From Auanema rhodensis (Eukaryota; Animalia; Nematoda), in NCBI GenBank assembly GCA_964057225.1, contig OZ059900.1:310001-374000 (forward strand): a DNA stretch of 64,000 nucleotides, in the 5' to 3' direction. The position numbers were made by a program, and so were the translations under genes. The stretch's first letter is position 1. Each line of letters begins with the position of its first letter. Of this stretch, positions 10,801 to 26,300 are shown piece by piece. Below the pieces are notes generated by a model. It had not been told where the DNA came from, searched no databases, and saw only the letters and a list, made by a program, of their open reading frames with translations.

Positions 10801-13800
10801 ATGCCTTTAACACCATATACTCACCGATTTTTGGTACAAAATCTGTAATACTCGTAAATTTTGATCATATTCGTTAAGATTTGAGAATCAAACACACAAT
10901 ACACAAAATCAGTCTATTTTTATGAGCTTGCACTGATATATATTCATTTTGATCAAAAAAGGTCGAAAATAGAAAGAATTTTTGAAATTTCCGAGTTTTG
11001 AGTCCAATTTGGCTAAATCGCTCATATATATGATCAAAAGCATAGTTTTATTGTCTATAACAACAAAAGTCATCAATTAAACGCTAGTGATGTTTAAATA
11101 CTGATTTTCGCTCAAATAGCATTACTACACTAAGTATGGTCGTTTTTATGCCTTTAACACCATATACTCACCGATTTTTGGTACAAAATCTGTAATACTC
11201 GTAAATTTTGATCATATTCGTTAAGATTTGAGAATCAAACACACAATACACAAAATCAGTCTATTTTTATGAGCTTGCACTGATATATATTCATTTTGAT
11301 CAAAAAAGGTCGAAAATAGAAAGAATTTTTGAAATTTCCGAGTTTTGAGTCCAATTTGGCTAAATCGCTCATATATATGATCAAAAGCATAGTTTTATTG
11401 TCTATAACAACAAAAGTCATCAATTAAACGCTAGTGATGTTTAAATACTGAATTTCGCTCAAATAGCATTACTACACTAAGTATGGTCGTTTTTATGCCT
11501 TTAACACCATATACTCACCGATTTTTGGTACAAAATCTGTAATACTCGTAAATTTTGATCATATTCGTTAAGATTTGAGAATCAAACATACAATACACGA
11601 AATTAATCAATTTTTATAAGCTTGCACTGATATATATTCATTTTGATCAAAAAAGGTCGAAAATAGAAAGAATTTTTGAAATTTCCGAGTTTTGAGTCCA
11701 ATTTGGCTAAATCGCTCATATATATGATCAAAAGCATAGTTTCATTGTCTATAACAACAAAAGTCATCAATTAAACGCTAGTGATGTTTTAATACTGAAT
11801 TTCGCTCAAATAGCATTACTACACTAAGTATGGTCGTTTTTATGCCTTTAACACCATATACTCACCGATTTTTGGTACAAAATCTGTAATACTCGTAAAT
11901 TTTGATCATATTTGTTAAGATTTGAGAATCAAACATACAATACACGAAATCAGTCTATTTTTATGAGCTTGCACTGATATATATTCATTTTGATCAAAAA
12001 AGGTCAAAAATAGAAAGAATTTTTGAAATTTCCGAGTTTTGAGTCTAATTTGGCTAAATCGCTCATATATATGATCAGAAGCATAGTTTTGTTGTCTATG
12101 ACAACAAAAGTCATCAATTAAACGCTAGTGATGTTTAAATACTGATTTTCGCTCAAATAGCATTACTACACTAAGTATGGTCGTTTTTATGCCTTTAACA
12201 CCATATACTCACCGATTTTTGGTACAAAATCTGTAATACTCGTAAATTTTGATCATATTCGTTAAGATTTGAGAATCAAACACACAATACACAAAATCAG
12301 TCTATTTTTATGAGCTTGCACTGATATATATTCATTTTGATCAAAAAAGGTCGAAAATAGAAAGAATTTTTGAAATTTCCGAGTTTTGAGTCCAATTTGG
12401 CTGAATCGCTCATATATATGATCAAAAGCATAGTTTTATTGTCTATGACAACAAAAGTCATTAATTAAACACTAATGATGTTTAAATCACTAAATTTCGC
12501 TCAAATAGCATTACTACACTAAGTATGGTCGTTTTTATACCTTTAACACCATATACTCACCGATTTTTGGTACAAAATCTGTAATACTCGTAAATTTTGA
12601 TCATATTCGTTAAGTTTTGAAAATCAAACACACAATAAACAAAATCAGTCTATTTTTATGAGTTTGCACTGATATATATTCATTTTGATCAAAAAAGGTC
12701 GAAAATAGAAAGAATTTTTGAATTTTCCGAGTTTTGAGTCCAATTGGGCTAAATCGCTCATATATATGATCAAAAGCATAGTTTTATTGTCTATGATAAC
12801 AAAAGTCTTCAAATATACACTAATAATGTGTAAATCACTGAATTTCACTCAAATAGCTTTACTACACTAAGTATGGTCGTTTTTATGCCTTTAACACCAT
12901 ATACTCACCGATTTTTGGTACAAAATCTGTAATACTCGTAAATTTTGATCATATTTGTTAAGATTTGAGAATCAAACATACAATACACGAAATCAGTCTA
13001 TTTTTATGAGTTTGCACTGATATATATTCATTTTGATCAAAAAAGGTCGAAAATAGAAAGAATTTTTGAATTTTCCGAGTTTTGAGTCCAATTGGGCTAA
13101 ATCGCTCATATATATGATCAAAAGCATAGTTTTATTGTCTATGACAACAAAAGTCATTAATTAAACACTAATGATGTTTAAATCACTAAATTTCGCTCAA
13201 ATAGCATTACTACACTAAGTATGGTCGTTTTTATGCCTTTAACACCATATACTCACCGATTTTTGGTACAAAATCTGTAATACTCGTAAATTTTGATCAT
13301 ATTCGTTAAGATTTGAGAATCAAACACACAATACACAAAATCAGTCTATTTTTATGAGCTTGCACTGATATATATTCATTTTGATCAAAAAAGGTCGAAA
13401 ATAGAAAGAATTTTTGAAATTTCCGAGTTTTGAGTCCAATTTGGCTGAATCGCTCATATATATGATCAAAAGCATAGTTTTATTGTCTATAACAACAAAA
13501 GTCATCAATTAAACGCTAGTGATGTTTTAATACTGAATTTCGCTCAAATAGCATTACTACACTAAGTATGGTCGTTTTTATACCTTTAACACCATATACT
13601 CACCGATTTTTGGTACAAAATCTGTAATACTCGTAAATTTTGATCATATTCGTTAAGTTTTGAAAATCAAACACACAATAAACAAAATCAGTCTATTTTT
13701 ATGAGTTTGCACTGATATATATTCATTTTGATCAAAAAAGGTCGAAAATAGAAAGAATTTTTGAATTTTCCGAGTTTTGAGTCCAATTGGGCTAAATCGC

Positions 13801-16800
13801 TCATATATATGATCAAAAGCATAGTTTTATTGTCTATGATAACAAAAGTCTTCAAATATACACTAATAATGTGTAAATCACTGAATTTCACTCAAATAGC
13901 TTTACTACACTAAGTATGGTCGTTTTTATGCCTTTAACACCATATACTCACCGATTTTTGGTACAAAATCTGTAATACTCGTAAATTTTGATCATATTTG
14001 TTAAGATTTGAGAATCAAACATACAATACACGAAATCAGTCTATTTTTATGAGCTTGCACTGATATATATTCATTTTGATCAAAAAAGGTCGAAAATAGA
14101 AAGAATTTTTGAAATTTCCGAGTTTTGAGTCTAATTTGGCTAAATCGCTCATATATATGATCAGAAGCATAGTTTTATTGTCTATGACAACAAAAGTCAT
14201 CAATTAAACGCTAGTGATGTTTAAATACTGATTTTCGCTCAAATAGCATTACTACACTAAGTATGGTCGTTTTTATGCCTTTAACACCAGATACTCACCG
14301 ATTTTTGGTACAAAATCTGTAATACTCGTAAATTTTGATCATATTCGTTAAGATTTGAAAATCAAACACACAATAAACAAAATCAGTCTATTTTTATGAG
14401 TTTGCACTGATATATATTCATTTTGATCAAAAAAGGTCGAAAATAGAAAGAATTTTTGAATTTTCCGAGTTTTGAGTCCAATTGGGCTAAATCGCTCATA
14501 TATATGATCAAAAGCATAGTTTTATTGTCTATAACAACAAAAGTCATCAATTAAACGCTAGTGATGTTTTAATACTGAATTTCGCTCAAATAGCATTACT
14601 ACACTAAGTATGGTCGTTTTTATACCTTTAACACCATATACTCACCGATTTTTGGTACAAAATCTGTAATACTCGTAAATTTTGATCATATTCGTTAAGT
14701 TTTGAAAATCAAACACACAATAAACAAAATCAGTCTATTTTTATGAGTTTGCACTGATATATATTCATTTTGATCAAAAAAGGTCGAAAATAGAAAGAAT
14801 TTTTGAATTTTCCGAGTTTTGAGTCCAATTGGGCTAAATCGCTCATATATATGATCAAAAGCATAGTTTTATTGTCTATGATAACAAAAGTCTTCAAATA
14901 TACACTAATAATGTGTAAATCACTGAATTTCACTCAAATAGCTTTACTACACTAAGTATGGTCGTTTTTATGCCTTTAACACCATATACTCACCGATTTT
15001 TGGTACAAAATCTGTAATACTCGTAAATTTTGATCATATTCGTTAAGATTTGAGAATCAAACACACAATACACAAAATCAGTCTATTTTTATGAGCTTGC
15101 ACTGATATATATTCATTTTGATCAAAAAAGGTCGAAAATAGAAAGAATTTTTGAAATTTCCGAGTTTTGAGTCCAATTTGGCTAAATCGCTCATATATAT
15201 GATCAAAAGCATAGTTTCATTGTCTATAACAACAAAAGTCATCAATTAAACGCTAGTGATGTTTTAATACTGAATTTCGCTCAAATAGCATTACTACACT
15301 AAGTATGGTCGTTTTTATGCCTTTAACACCATATACTCACCGATTTTTGGTACAAAATCTGTAATACTTGTAAATTTTGATCATATTTGTTAAGATTTGA
15401 GAATCAAACACACAATACACAAAATCAGTCTATTTTAATGAGTTTGCACTGATATATATTCATTTTGATCAAAAAAGGTCGAAAATAGAAAGAATTTTTG
15501 AAATTTCCGAGTTTTGAGTCTAATTTGGCTAAATCGCTCATATATATGATCAGAAGCATAGTTTTGTTGTCTATGACAACAAAAGTCATCAATTAAACGC
15601 TAGTGATGTTTAAATACTGATTTTCGCTCAAATAGCATTACTACACTAAGTATGGTCGTTTTTATGCCTTTAACACCATATACTCACCGATTTTTGGTAC
15701 AAAATCTGTAATACTCGTAAATTTTGATCATATTCGTTAAGATTTGAGAATCAAACACACAATACACAAAATCAGTCTATTTTTATGAGCTTGCACTGAT
15801 ATATATTCATTTTGATCAAAAAAGGTCGAAAATAGAAAGAATTTTTGAAATTTCCGAGTTTTGAGTCCAATTTGGCTAAATCGCTCATATATATGATCAA
15901 AAGCATAGTTTTATTGTCTATAACAACAAAAGTCATCAATTAAACGCTAGTGATGTTTAAATACTGATTTTCGCTCAAATAGCATTACTACACTAAGTAT
16001 GGTCGTTTTTATGCCTTTAACACCATATACTCACCGATTTTTGGTACAAAATCTGTAATACTCGTAAATTTTGATCATATTCGTTAAGATTTGAGAATCA
16101 AACACACAATACACAAAATCAGTCTATTTTTATGAGCTTGCACTGATATATATTCATTTTGATCAAAAAAGGTCGAAAATAGAAAGAATTTTTGAAATTT
16201 CCGAGTTTTGAGTCCAATTTGGCTAAATCGCTCATATATATGATCAAAAGCATAGTTTTATTGTCTATAACAACAAAAGTCATCAATTAAACGCTAGTGA
16301 TGTTTAAATACTGAATTTCGCTCAAATAGCATTACTACACTAAGTATGGTCGTTTTTATGCCTTTAACACCATATACTCACCGATTTTTGGTACAAAATC
16401 TGTAATACTCGTAAATTTTGATCATATTCGTTAAGATTTGAGAATCAAACATACAATACACGAAATTAATCAATTTTTATAAGCTTGCACTGATATATAT
16501 TCATTTTGATCAAAAAAGGTCGAAAATAGAAAGAATTTTTGAAATTTCCGAGTTTTGAGTCCAATTTGGCTAAATCGCTCATATATATGATCAAAAGCAT
16601 AGTTTCATTGTCTATAACAACAAAAGTCATCAATTAAACGCTAGTGATGTTTTAATACTGAATTTCGCTCAAATAGCATTACTACACTAAGTATGGTCGT
16701 TTTTATGCCTTTAACACCATATACTCACCGATTTTTGGTACAAAATCTGTAATACTCGTAAATTTTGATCATATTTGTTAAGATTTGAGAATCAAACATA

Positions 16801-17362
16801 CAATACACGAAATCAGTCTATTTTTATGAGCTTGCACTGATATATATTCATTTTGATCAAAAAAGGTCAAAAATAGAAAGAATTTTTGAAATTTCCGAGT
16901 TTTGAGTCTAATTTGGCTAAATCGCTCATATATATGATCAGAAGCATAGTTTTGTTGTCTATGACAACAAAAGTCATCAATTAAACGCTAGTGATGTTTA
17001 AATACTGATTTTCGCTCAAATAGCATTACTACACTAAGTATGGTCGTTTTTATGCCTTTAACACCATATACTCACCGATTTTTGGTACAAAATCTGTAAT
17101 ACTCGTAAATTTTGATCATATTCGTTAAGATTTGAGAATCAAACACACAATACACAAAATCAGTCTATTTTTATGAGCTTGCACTGATATATATTCATTT
17201 TGATCAAAAAAGGTCGAAAATAGAAAGAATTTTTGAAATTTCCGAGTTTTGAGTCCAATTTGGCTAAATCGCTCATATATATGATCAAAAGCATAGTTTT
17301 ATTGTCTATAACAACAAAAGTCATCAATTAAACGCTAGTGATGTTTAAATACTGAATTTCGC
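4863..17362 (+). repeat. Three copies of a ~10-monomer block starting at 4863, 9029 and 13892 (offsets 4166 and 4863 bp = 12 and 14 monomers)
   Basis: Rare markers recur in register: aattaatcaatttttataagctt (AAGCTT at 7452, 11618, 16481) and aggtcAaaaatag (~7840, ~12006, ~16869). Confidence 0.88.
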
Positions 17363-20300
17363 TCAAATAGCATTACTACACTAAGTATGGTCGTTTTTAT
17401 GCCTTTAACACCATATACTCACCGATTTTTGGTACAAAATCTGTAATACTCGTAAATTTTGATCATATTCGTTAAGATTTGAGAATCAAACATACAATAC
17501 ACGAAATTAGTCAATTTTTATAAGCTTGCACTGATATAAATTCATTTTGATCAAAAAAGGTCGAAAATAGAAAGAATTTTTGAAATTTCCGAGTTTTGAG
17601 TCTAATTTGGCTAAATCGCTCATATATATGATCAGAAGCATAGTTTTATTGTCTATGACAACAAAAGTCATCAATTAAACGCTAGTGATGTTTTAATACT
17701 GAATTTCGCTCAAATAGCATTACTACACTAAGTATGGTCGTTTTTATGCCTTTAACACCATATACTCACCGATTTTTGGTACAAAATCTGTAATACTTGT
17801 AAATTTTGATCATATTTGTTAAGATTTGAGAATCAAACACACAATACACAAAATCAGTCTATTTTAATGAGTTTGCACTGATATATATTCATTTTGATCA
17901 AAAAAGGTCGAAAATAGAAAGAATTTTTGAAATTTCCGAGTTTTGAGTCTAATTTGGCTAAATCGCTCATATATATGATCAAAAGCATAGTTTTATTGTC
18001 TATAACAACAAAAGTCATCAATTAAACGCTAGTGATGTTTAAATACTGAATTTCGATCAAATAGCATTACTACACTAAGTATGGTCGTTTTTATGCCTTT
18101 AACACCATATACTCACCGATTTTTGGTACAAAATTTGTAATACTCGTAAATTTTGATCATATTCGTTAAGATTTGAGAATCAAACATACAATACACGAAA
18201 TCAGTCTATTTTTATGAGCTTGCACTGATATATATTCATTTTGATCAAAAAAGGTCGAAAATAGAAAGAATTTTTGAAATTTCCGAGTTTTGAGTCTAAT
18301 TTGGCTAAATCGCTCATATATATGATCAGAAGCATATTTTTGTTGTCTATGACAACAAAAGTCATCAATTAAACGCTAGTGATGTTTAAATACTGATTTT
18401 CGCTCAAATAGCATTACTACACTAAGTATGGTCGTTTTTATGCCTTTAACACCATATACTCACCGATTTTTGGTACAAAATCTGTAATACTCGTAAATTT
18501 TGATTATATTCGTTAAGATTTGAGAATCAAACACACAATAAACAAAATCAGTCTATTTTTATGAGTTTGCACTGATATATATTCATTTTGATCAAAAAAG
18601 GTCGAAAATAGAAAGAATTTTTGAAATTTCCGAGTTTTGAGTCCAATTGGGCTAAATCGCTCATATATATGATCAAAAGCATAGTTTTATTGTCTATGAC
18701 AACAAAAGTCATTAACTAAACACTAATGATGTTTAAATCACTAAATTTCGCTCAAATAGCATTACTACACTAAGTATGGTCGTTTTTATGCCTTTAACAC
18801 CATATACTCACCGATTTTTGGTACAAAATCTGTAATACTCGTAAATTTTGATCATATTCGTTAAGATTTGAAAATCAAACACACAATAAACAAAATCAGT
18901 CTATTTTTATGAGTTTGCACTGATATATATTCATTTTGATCAAAAAAGGTCGAAAATAGAAAGAATTTTTGAATTTTCCGAGTTTTGAGTCCAATTGGGC
19001 TAAATCGCTCATATATATGATCAAAAGCATAGTTTTATTGTCTATAACAACAAAAGTCATCAATTAAACGCTAGTGATGTTTTAATACTGAATTTCGCTC
19101 AAATAGCATTACTACACTAAGTATGGTCGTTTTTATACCTTTAACACCATATACTCACCGATTTTTGGTACAAAATCTGTAATACTCGTAAATTTTGATC
19201 ATATTCGTTAAGTTTTGAAAATCAAACACACAATAAACAAAATCAGTCTATTTTTATGAGTTTGCACTGATATATATTCATTTTGATCAAAAAAGGTCGA
19301 AAATAGAAAGAATTTTTGAATTTTCCGAGTTTTGAGTCCAATTGGGCTAAATCGCTCATATATATGATCAAAAGCATAGTTTTATTGTCTATGATAACAA
19401 AAGTCTTCAAATATACACTAATAATGTGTAAATCACTGAATTTCACTCAAATAGCTTTACTACACTAAGTATGGTCGTTTTTATGCCTTTAACACCATAT
19501 ACTCACCGATTTTTGGTACAAAATCTGTAATACTCGTAAATTTTGATCATATTCGTTAAGATTTGAGAATCAAACACACAATACACAAAATCAGTCTATT
19601 TTTATGAGCTTGCACTGATATATATTCATTTTGATCAAAAAAGGTCGAAAATAGAAAGAATTTTTGAAATTTCCGAGTTTTGAGTCCAATTTGGCTAAAT
19701 CGCTCATATATATGATCAAAAGCATAGTTTTATTGTCTATAACAACAAAAGTCATCAATTAAACGCTAGTGATGTTTAAATACTGATTTTCGCTCAAATA
19801 GCATTACTACACTAAGTATGGTCGTTTTTATGCCTTTAACACCATATACTCACCGATTTTTGGTACAAAATCTGTAATACTCGTAAATTTTGATCATATT
19901 CGTTAAGATTTGAGAATCAAACATACAATACACGAAATCAGTCTATTTTTATGAGCTTGCACTGATATATATTCATTTTGATCAAAAAAGGTCGAAAATA
20001 GAAAGAATTTTTGAAATTTCCGAGTTTTGAGTCTAATTTGGCTAAATCGCTCATATATATGATCAGAAGCATATTTTTGTTGTCTATGACAACAAAAGTC
20101 ATCAATTAAACGCTAGTGATGTTTAAATACTGATTTTCGCTCAAATAGCATTACTACACTAAGTATGGTCGTTTTTATGCCTTTAACACCATATACTCAC
20201 CGATTTTTGGTACAAAATCTGTAATACTCGTAAATTTTGATCATATTCGTTAAGATTTGAGAATCAAACATACAATACACGAAATCAGTCTATTTTTATG

Positions 20301-23300
20301 AGCTTGCACTGATATATATTCATTTTGATCAAAAAAGGTCGAAAATAGAAAGAATTTTTGAAATTTCCGAGTTTTGAGTCCAATTGGGCTAAATCGCTCA
20401 TATATATGATCAAAAGCATAGTTTTATTGTCTATGACAACAAAAGTCATTAATTAAACACTAATGATGTTTAAATCACTAAATTTCGCTCAAATAGCATT
20501 ACTACACTAAGTATGGTCGTTTTTATGCCTTTAACACCATATACTCACCGATTTTTGGTACAAAATCTGTAATACTCGTAAATTTTGATCATATTCGTTA
20601 AGATTTGAAAATCAAACACACAATAAACAAAATCAGTCTATTTTTATGAGTTTGCACTGATATATATTCATTTTGATCAAAAAAGGTCGAAAATAGAAAG
20701 AATTTTTGAATTTTCCGAGTTTTGAGTCCAATTGGGCTAAATCGCTCATATATATGATCAAAAGCATAGTTTTATTGTCTATAACAACAAAAGTCATCAA
20801 TTAAACGCTAGTGATGTTTTAATACTGAATTTCGCTCAAATAGCATTACTACACTAAGTATGGTCGTTTTTATACCTTTAACACCATATACTCACCGATT
20901 TTTGGTACAAAATCTGTAATACTCGTAAATTTTGATCATATTCGTTAAGTTTTGAAAATCAAACACACAATAAACAAAATCAGTCTATTTTTATGAGTTT
21001 GCACTGATATATATTCATTTTGATCAAAAAAGGTCGAAAATAGAAAGAATTTTTGAATTTTCCGAGTTTTGAGTCCAATTGGGCTAAATCGCTCATATAT
21101 ATGATCAAAAGCATAGTTTTATTGTCTATGATAACAAAAGTCTTCAAATATACACTAATAATGTGTAAATCACTGAATTTCACTCAAATAGCTTTACTAC
21201 ACTAAGTATGGTCGTTTTTATGCCTTTAACACCATATACTCACCGATTTTTGGTACAAAATCTGTAATACTCGTAAATTTTGATCATATTCGTTAAGATT
21301 TGAGAATCAAACACACAATACACAAAATCAGTCTATTTTTATGAGCTTGCACTGATATATATTCATTTTGATCAAAAAAGGTCGAAAATAGAAAGAATTT
21401 TTGAAATTTCCGAGTTTTGAGTCCAATTTGGCTAAATCGCTCATATATATGATCAAAAGCATAGTTTCATTGTCTATAACAACAAAAGTCATCAATTAAA
21501 CGCTAGTGATGTTTTAATACTGAATTTCGCTCAAATAGCATTACTACACTAAGTATGGTCGTTTTTATGCCTTTAACACCATATACTCACCGATTTTTGG
21601 TACAAAATCTGTAATACTTGTAAATTTTGATCATATTTGTTAAGATTTGAGAATCAAACACACAATACACAAAATCAGTCTATTTTAATGAGTTTGCACT
21701 GATATATATTCATTTTGATCAAAAAAGGTCGAAAATAGAAAGAATTTTTGAAATTTCCGAGTTTTGAGTCTAATTTGGCTAAATCGCTCATATATATGAT
21801 CAAAAGCATAGTTTTATTGTCTATGATAACAAAAGTCTTCAAATATACACTAATAATGTGTAAATCACTGAATTTCACTCAAATAGCTTTACTACACTAA
21901 GTATGGTCGTTTTTATGCCTTTAACACCATATACTCACCGATTTTTGGTACAAAATCTGTAATACTCGTAAATTTTGATCATATTCGTTAAGATTTGAGA
22001 ATCAAACACACAATACACAAAATCAGTCTATTTTTATGAGCTTGCACTGATATATATTCATTTTGATCAAAAAAGGTCGAAAATAGAAAGAATTTTTGAA
22101 ATTTCCGAGTTTTGAGTCCAATTTGGCTAAATCGCTCATATATATGATCAAAAGCATAGTTTTATTGTCTATAACAACAAAAGTCATCAATTAAACGCTA
22201 GTGATGTTTAAATACTGATTTTCGCTCAAATAGCATTACTACACTAAGTATGGTCGTTTTTATGCCTTTAACACCATATACTCACCGATTTTTGGTACAA
22301 AATCTGTAATACTTGTAAATTTTGATCATATTCGTTAAGATTTGAGAATCAAACACACAATACACAAAATCAGTCTATTTTTATGAGCTTGCACTGATAT
22401 ATATTCATTTTGATCAAAAAAGGTCGAAAATAGAAAGAATTTTTGAAATTTCCGAGTTTTGAGTCTAATTTGGCTAAATCGCTCATATATATGATCAGAA
22501 GCATAGTTTTGTTGTCTATGACAACAAAAGTCATCAATTAAACGCTAGTGATGTTTAAATACTGAATTTCGCTCAAATAGCATTACTACACTAAGTATGG
22601 TCGTTTTTATGCCTTTAACACCATATACTCACCGATTTTTGGTACAAAATCTGTAATACTCGTAAATTTTGATCATATTCGTTAAGATTTGAGAATCAAA
22701 CACACAATACACAAAATCAGTCTATTTTTATGAGCTTGCACTGATATATATTCATTTTGATCAAAAAAGGTCGAAAATAGAAAGAATTTTTGAAATTTCC
22801 GAGTTTTGAGTCCAATTTGGCTAAATCGCTCATATATATGATCAAAAGCATAGTTTCATTGTCTATAACAACAAAAGTCATCAATTAAACGCTAGTGATG
22901 TTTTAATACTGAATTTCGCTCAAATAGCATTACTACACTAAGTATGGTCGTTTTTATGCCTTTAACACCATATACTAACCGATTTTTGGTACAAAATCTG
23001 TAATACTCGTAAATTTTGATCATATTTGTTAAGATTTGAGAATCAAACATACAATACACGAAATCAGTCTATTTTTATGAGCTTGCACTGATATATATTC
23101 ATTTTGATCAAAAAAGGTCGAAAATAGAAAGAATTTTTGAAATTTCCGAGTTTTGAGTCTAATTTGGCTAAATCGCTCATATATATGATCAGAAGCATAG
23201 TTTTGTTGTCTATGACAACAAAAGTCATCAATTAAACGCTAGTGATGTTTAAATACTGATTTTCGCTCAAATAGCATTACTACACTAAGTATGGTCGTTT

Positions 23301-26300
23301 TTATGCCTTTAACACCATATACTCACCGATTTTTGGTACAAAATCTGTAATACTCGTATATTTTGATCATATTCGTTAAGATTTGAGAATCAAACACACA
23401 ATACACAAAATCAGTCTATTTTTATGAGCTTGCACTGATATATATTCATTTTGATCAAAAAAGGTCGAAAATAGAAAGAATTTTTGAAATTTCCGAGTTT
23501 TGAGTCCAATTGGGCTAAATCGCTCATATATATGATCAAAAGCATAGTTTTATTGTCTATGACAACAAAAGTCATTAACTAAACACTAATGATGTTTAAA
23601 TCACTAAATTTCGCTCAAATAGCATTACTACACTAAGTATGGTCGTTTTTATGCCTTTAACACCATATACTCACCGATTTTTGGTACAAAATCTGTAATA
23701 CTCGTAAATTTTGATCATATTCGTTAAGATTTGAGAATCAAACACACAATACACAAAATCAGTCTATTTTTATGAGCTTGCACTGATATATATTCATTTT
23801 GATCAAAAAAGGTCGAAAATAGAAAGAATTTTTGAAATTTCCGAGTTTTGAGTCCAATTTGGCTAAATCGCTCATATATATGATCAAAAGCATAGTTTTA
23901 TTGTCTATAACAACAAAAGTCATCAATTAAACGCTAGTGATGTTTAAATACTGATTTTCGCTCAAATAGCATTACTACACTAAGTATGGTCGTTTTTATG
24001 CCTTTAACACCATATACTCACCGATTTTTGGTACAAAATCTGTAATACTCGTAAATTTTGATCATATTCGTTAAGATTTGAGAATCAAACATACAATACA
24101 CGAAATCAGTCTATTTTTATGAGCTTGCACTGATATATATTCATTTTGATCAAAAAAGGTCGAAAATAGAAAGAATTTTTGAAATTTCCGAGTTTTGAGT
24201 CTAATTTGGCTAAATCGCTCATATATATGATCAGAAGCATATTTTTGTTGTCTATGACAACAAAAGTCATCAATTAAACGCTAGTGATGTTTAAATACTG
24301 ATTTTCGCTCAAATAGCATTACTACACTAAGTATGGTCGTTTTTATGCCTTTAACACCATATACTCACCGATTTTTGGTACAAAATCTGTAATACTCGTA
24401 AATTTTGATCATATTCGTTAAGATTTGAGAATCAAACATACAATACACGAAATCAGTCTATTTTTATGAGCTTGCACTGATATATATTCATTTTGATCAA
24501 AAAAGGTCGAAAATAGAAAGAATTTTTGAAATTTCCGAGTTTTGAGTCCAATTGGGCTAAATCGCTCATATATATGATCAAAAGCATAGTTTTATTGTCT
24601 ATGACAACAAAAGTCATTAATTAAACACTAATGATGTTTAAATCACTAAATTTCGCTCAAATAGCATTACTACACTAAGTATGGTCGTTTTTATGCCTTT
24701 AACACCATATACTCACCGATTTTTGGTACAAAATCTGTAATACTCGTAAATTTTGATCATATTCGTTAAGATTTGAAAATCAAACACACAATAAACAAAA
24801 TCAGTCTATTTTTATGAGTTTGCACTGATATATATTCATTTTGATCAAAAAAGGTCGAAAATAGAAAGAATTTTTGAATTTTCCGAGTTTTGAGTCCAAT
24901 TGGGCTAAATCGCTCATATATATGATCAAAAGCATAGTTTTATTGTCTATAACAACAAAAGTCATCAATTAAACGCTAGTGATGTTTTAATACTGAATTT
25001 CGCTCAAATAGCATTACTACACTAAGTATGGTCGTTTTTATACCTTTAACACCATATACTCACCGATTTTTGGTACAAAATCTGTAATACTCGTAAATTT
25101 TGATCATATTCGTTAAGTTTTGAAAATCAAACACACAATAAACAAAATCAGTCTATTTTTATGAGTTTGCACTGATATATATTCATTTTGATCAAAAAAG
25201 GTCGAAAATAGAAAGAATTTTTGAATTTTCCGAGTTTTGAGTCCAATTGGGCTAAATCGCTCATATATATGATCAAAAGCATAGTTTTATTGTCTATGAT
25301 AACAAAAGTCTTCAAATATACACTAATAATGTGTAAATCACTGAATTTCACTCAAATAGCTTTACTACACTAAGTATGGTCGTTTTTATGCCTTTAACAC
25401 CATATACTCACCGATTTTTGGTACAAAATCTGTAATACTCGTAAATTTTGATCATATTCGTTAAGATTTGAGAATCAAACACACAATACACAAAATCAGT
25501 CTATTTTTATGAGCTTGCACTGATATATATTCATTTTGATCAAAAAAGGTCGAAAATAGAAAGAATTTTTGAAATTTCCGAGTTTTGAGTCCAATTTGGC
25601 TAAATCGCTCATATATATGATCAAAAGCATAGTTTCATTGTCTATAACAACAAAAGTCATCAATTAAACGCTAGTGATGTTTTAATACTGAATTTCGCTC
25701 AAATAGCATTACTACACTAAGTATGGTCGTTTTTATGCCTTTAACACCATATACTCACCGATTTTTGGTACAAAATCTGTAATACTTGTAAATTTTGATC
25801 ATATTTGTTAAGATTTGAGAATCAAACACACAATACACAAAATCAGTCTATTTTAATGAGTTTGCACTGATATATATTCATTTTGATCAAAAAAGGTCGA
25901 AAATAGAAAGAATTTTTGAAATTTCCGAGTTTTGAGTCTAATTTGGCTAAATCGCTCATATATATGATCAGAAGCATAGTTTTGTTGTCTATGACAACAA
26001 AAGTCATCAATTAAACGCTAGTGATGTTTAAATACTGATTTTCGCTCAAATAGCATTACTACACTAAGTATGGTCGTTTTTATGCCTTTAACACCATATA
26101 CTCACCGATTTTTGGTACAAAATCTGTAATACTCGTAAATTTTGATCATATTCGTTAAGATTTGAGAATCAAACACACAATACACAAAATCAGTCTATTT
26201 TTATGAGCTTGCACTGATATATATTCATTTTGATCAAAAAAGGTCGAAAATAGAAAGAATTTTTGAAATTTCCGAGTTTTGAGTCCAATTTGGCTAAATC

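Noticed and set aside
492-25351. Thirteen 67-aa minus-strand ORFs (MKFSDLHIIS...)
   Set aside because: They are by-products of the type C patch opening a frame that is not open in the other monomers. The composition is AT-codon-biased (I/K/F/L/N), with no recognisable domain or gene context.
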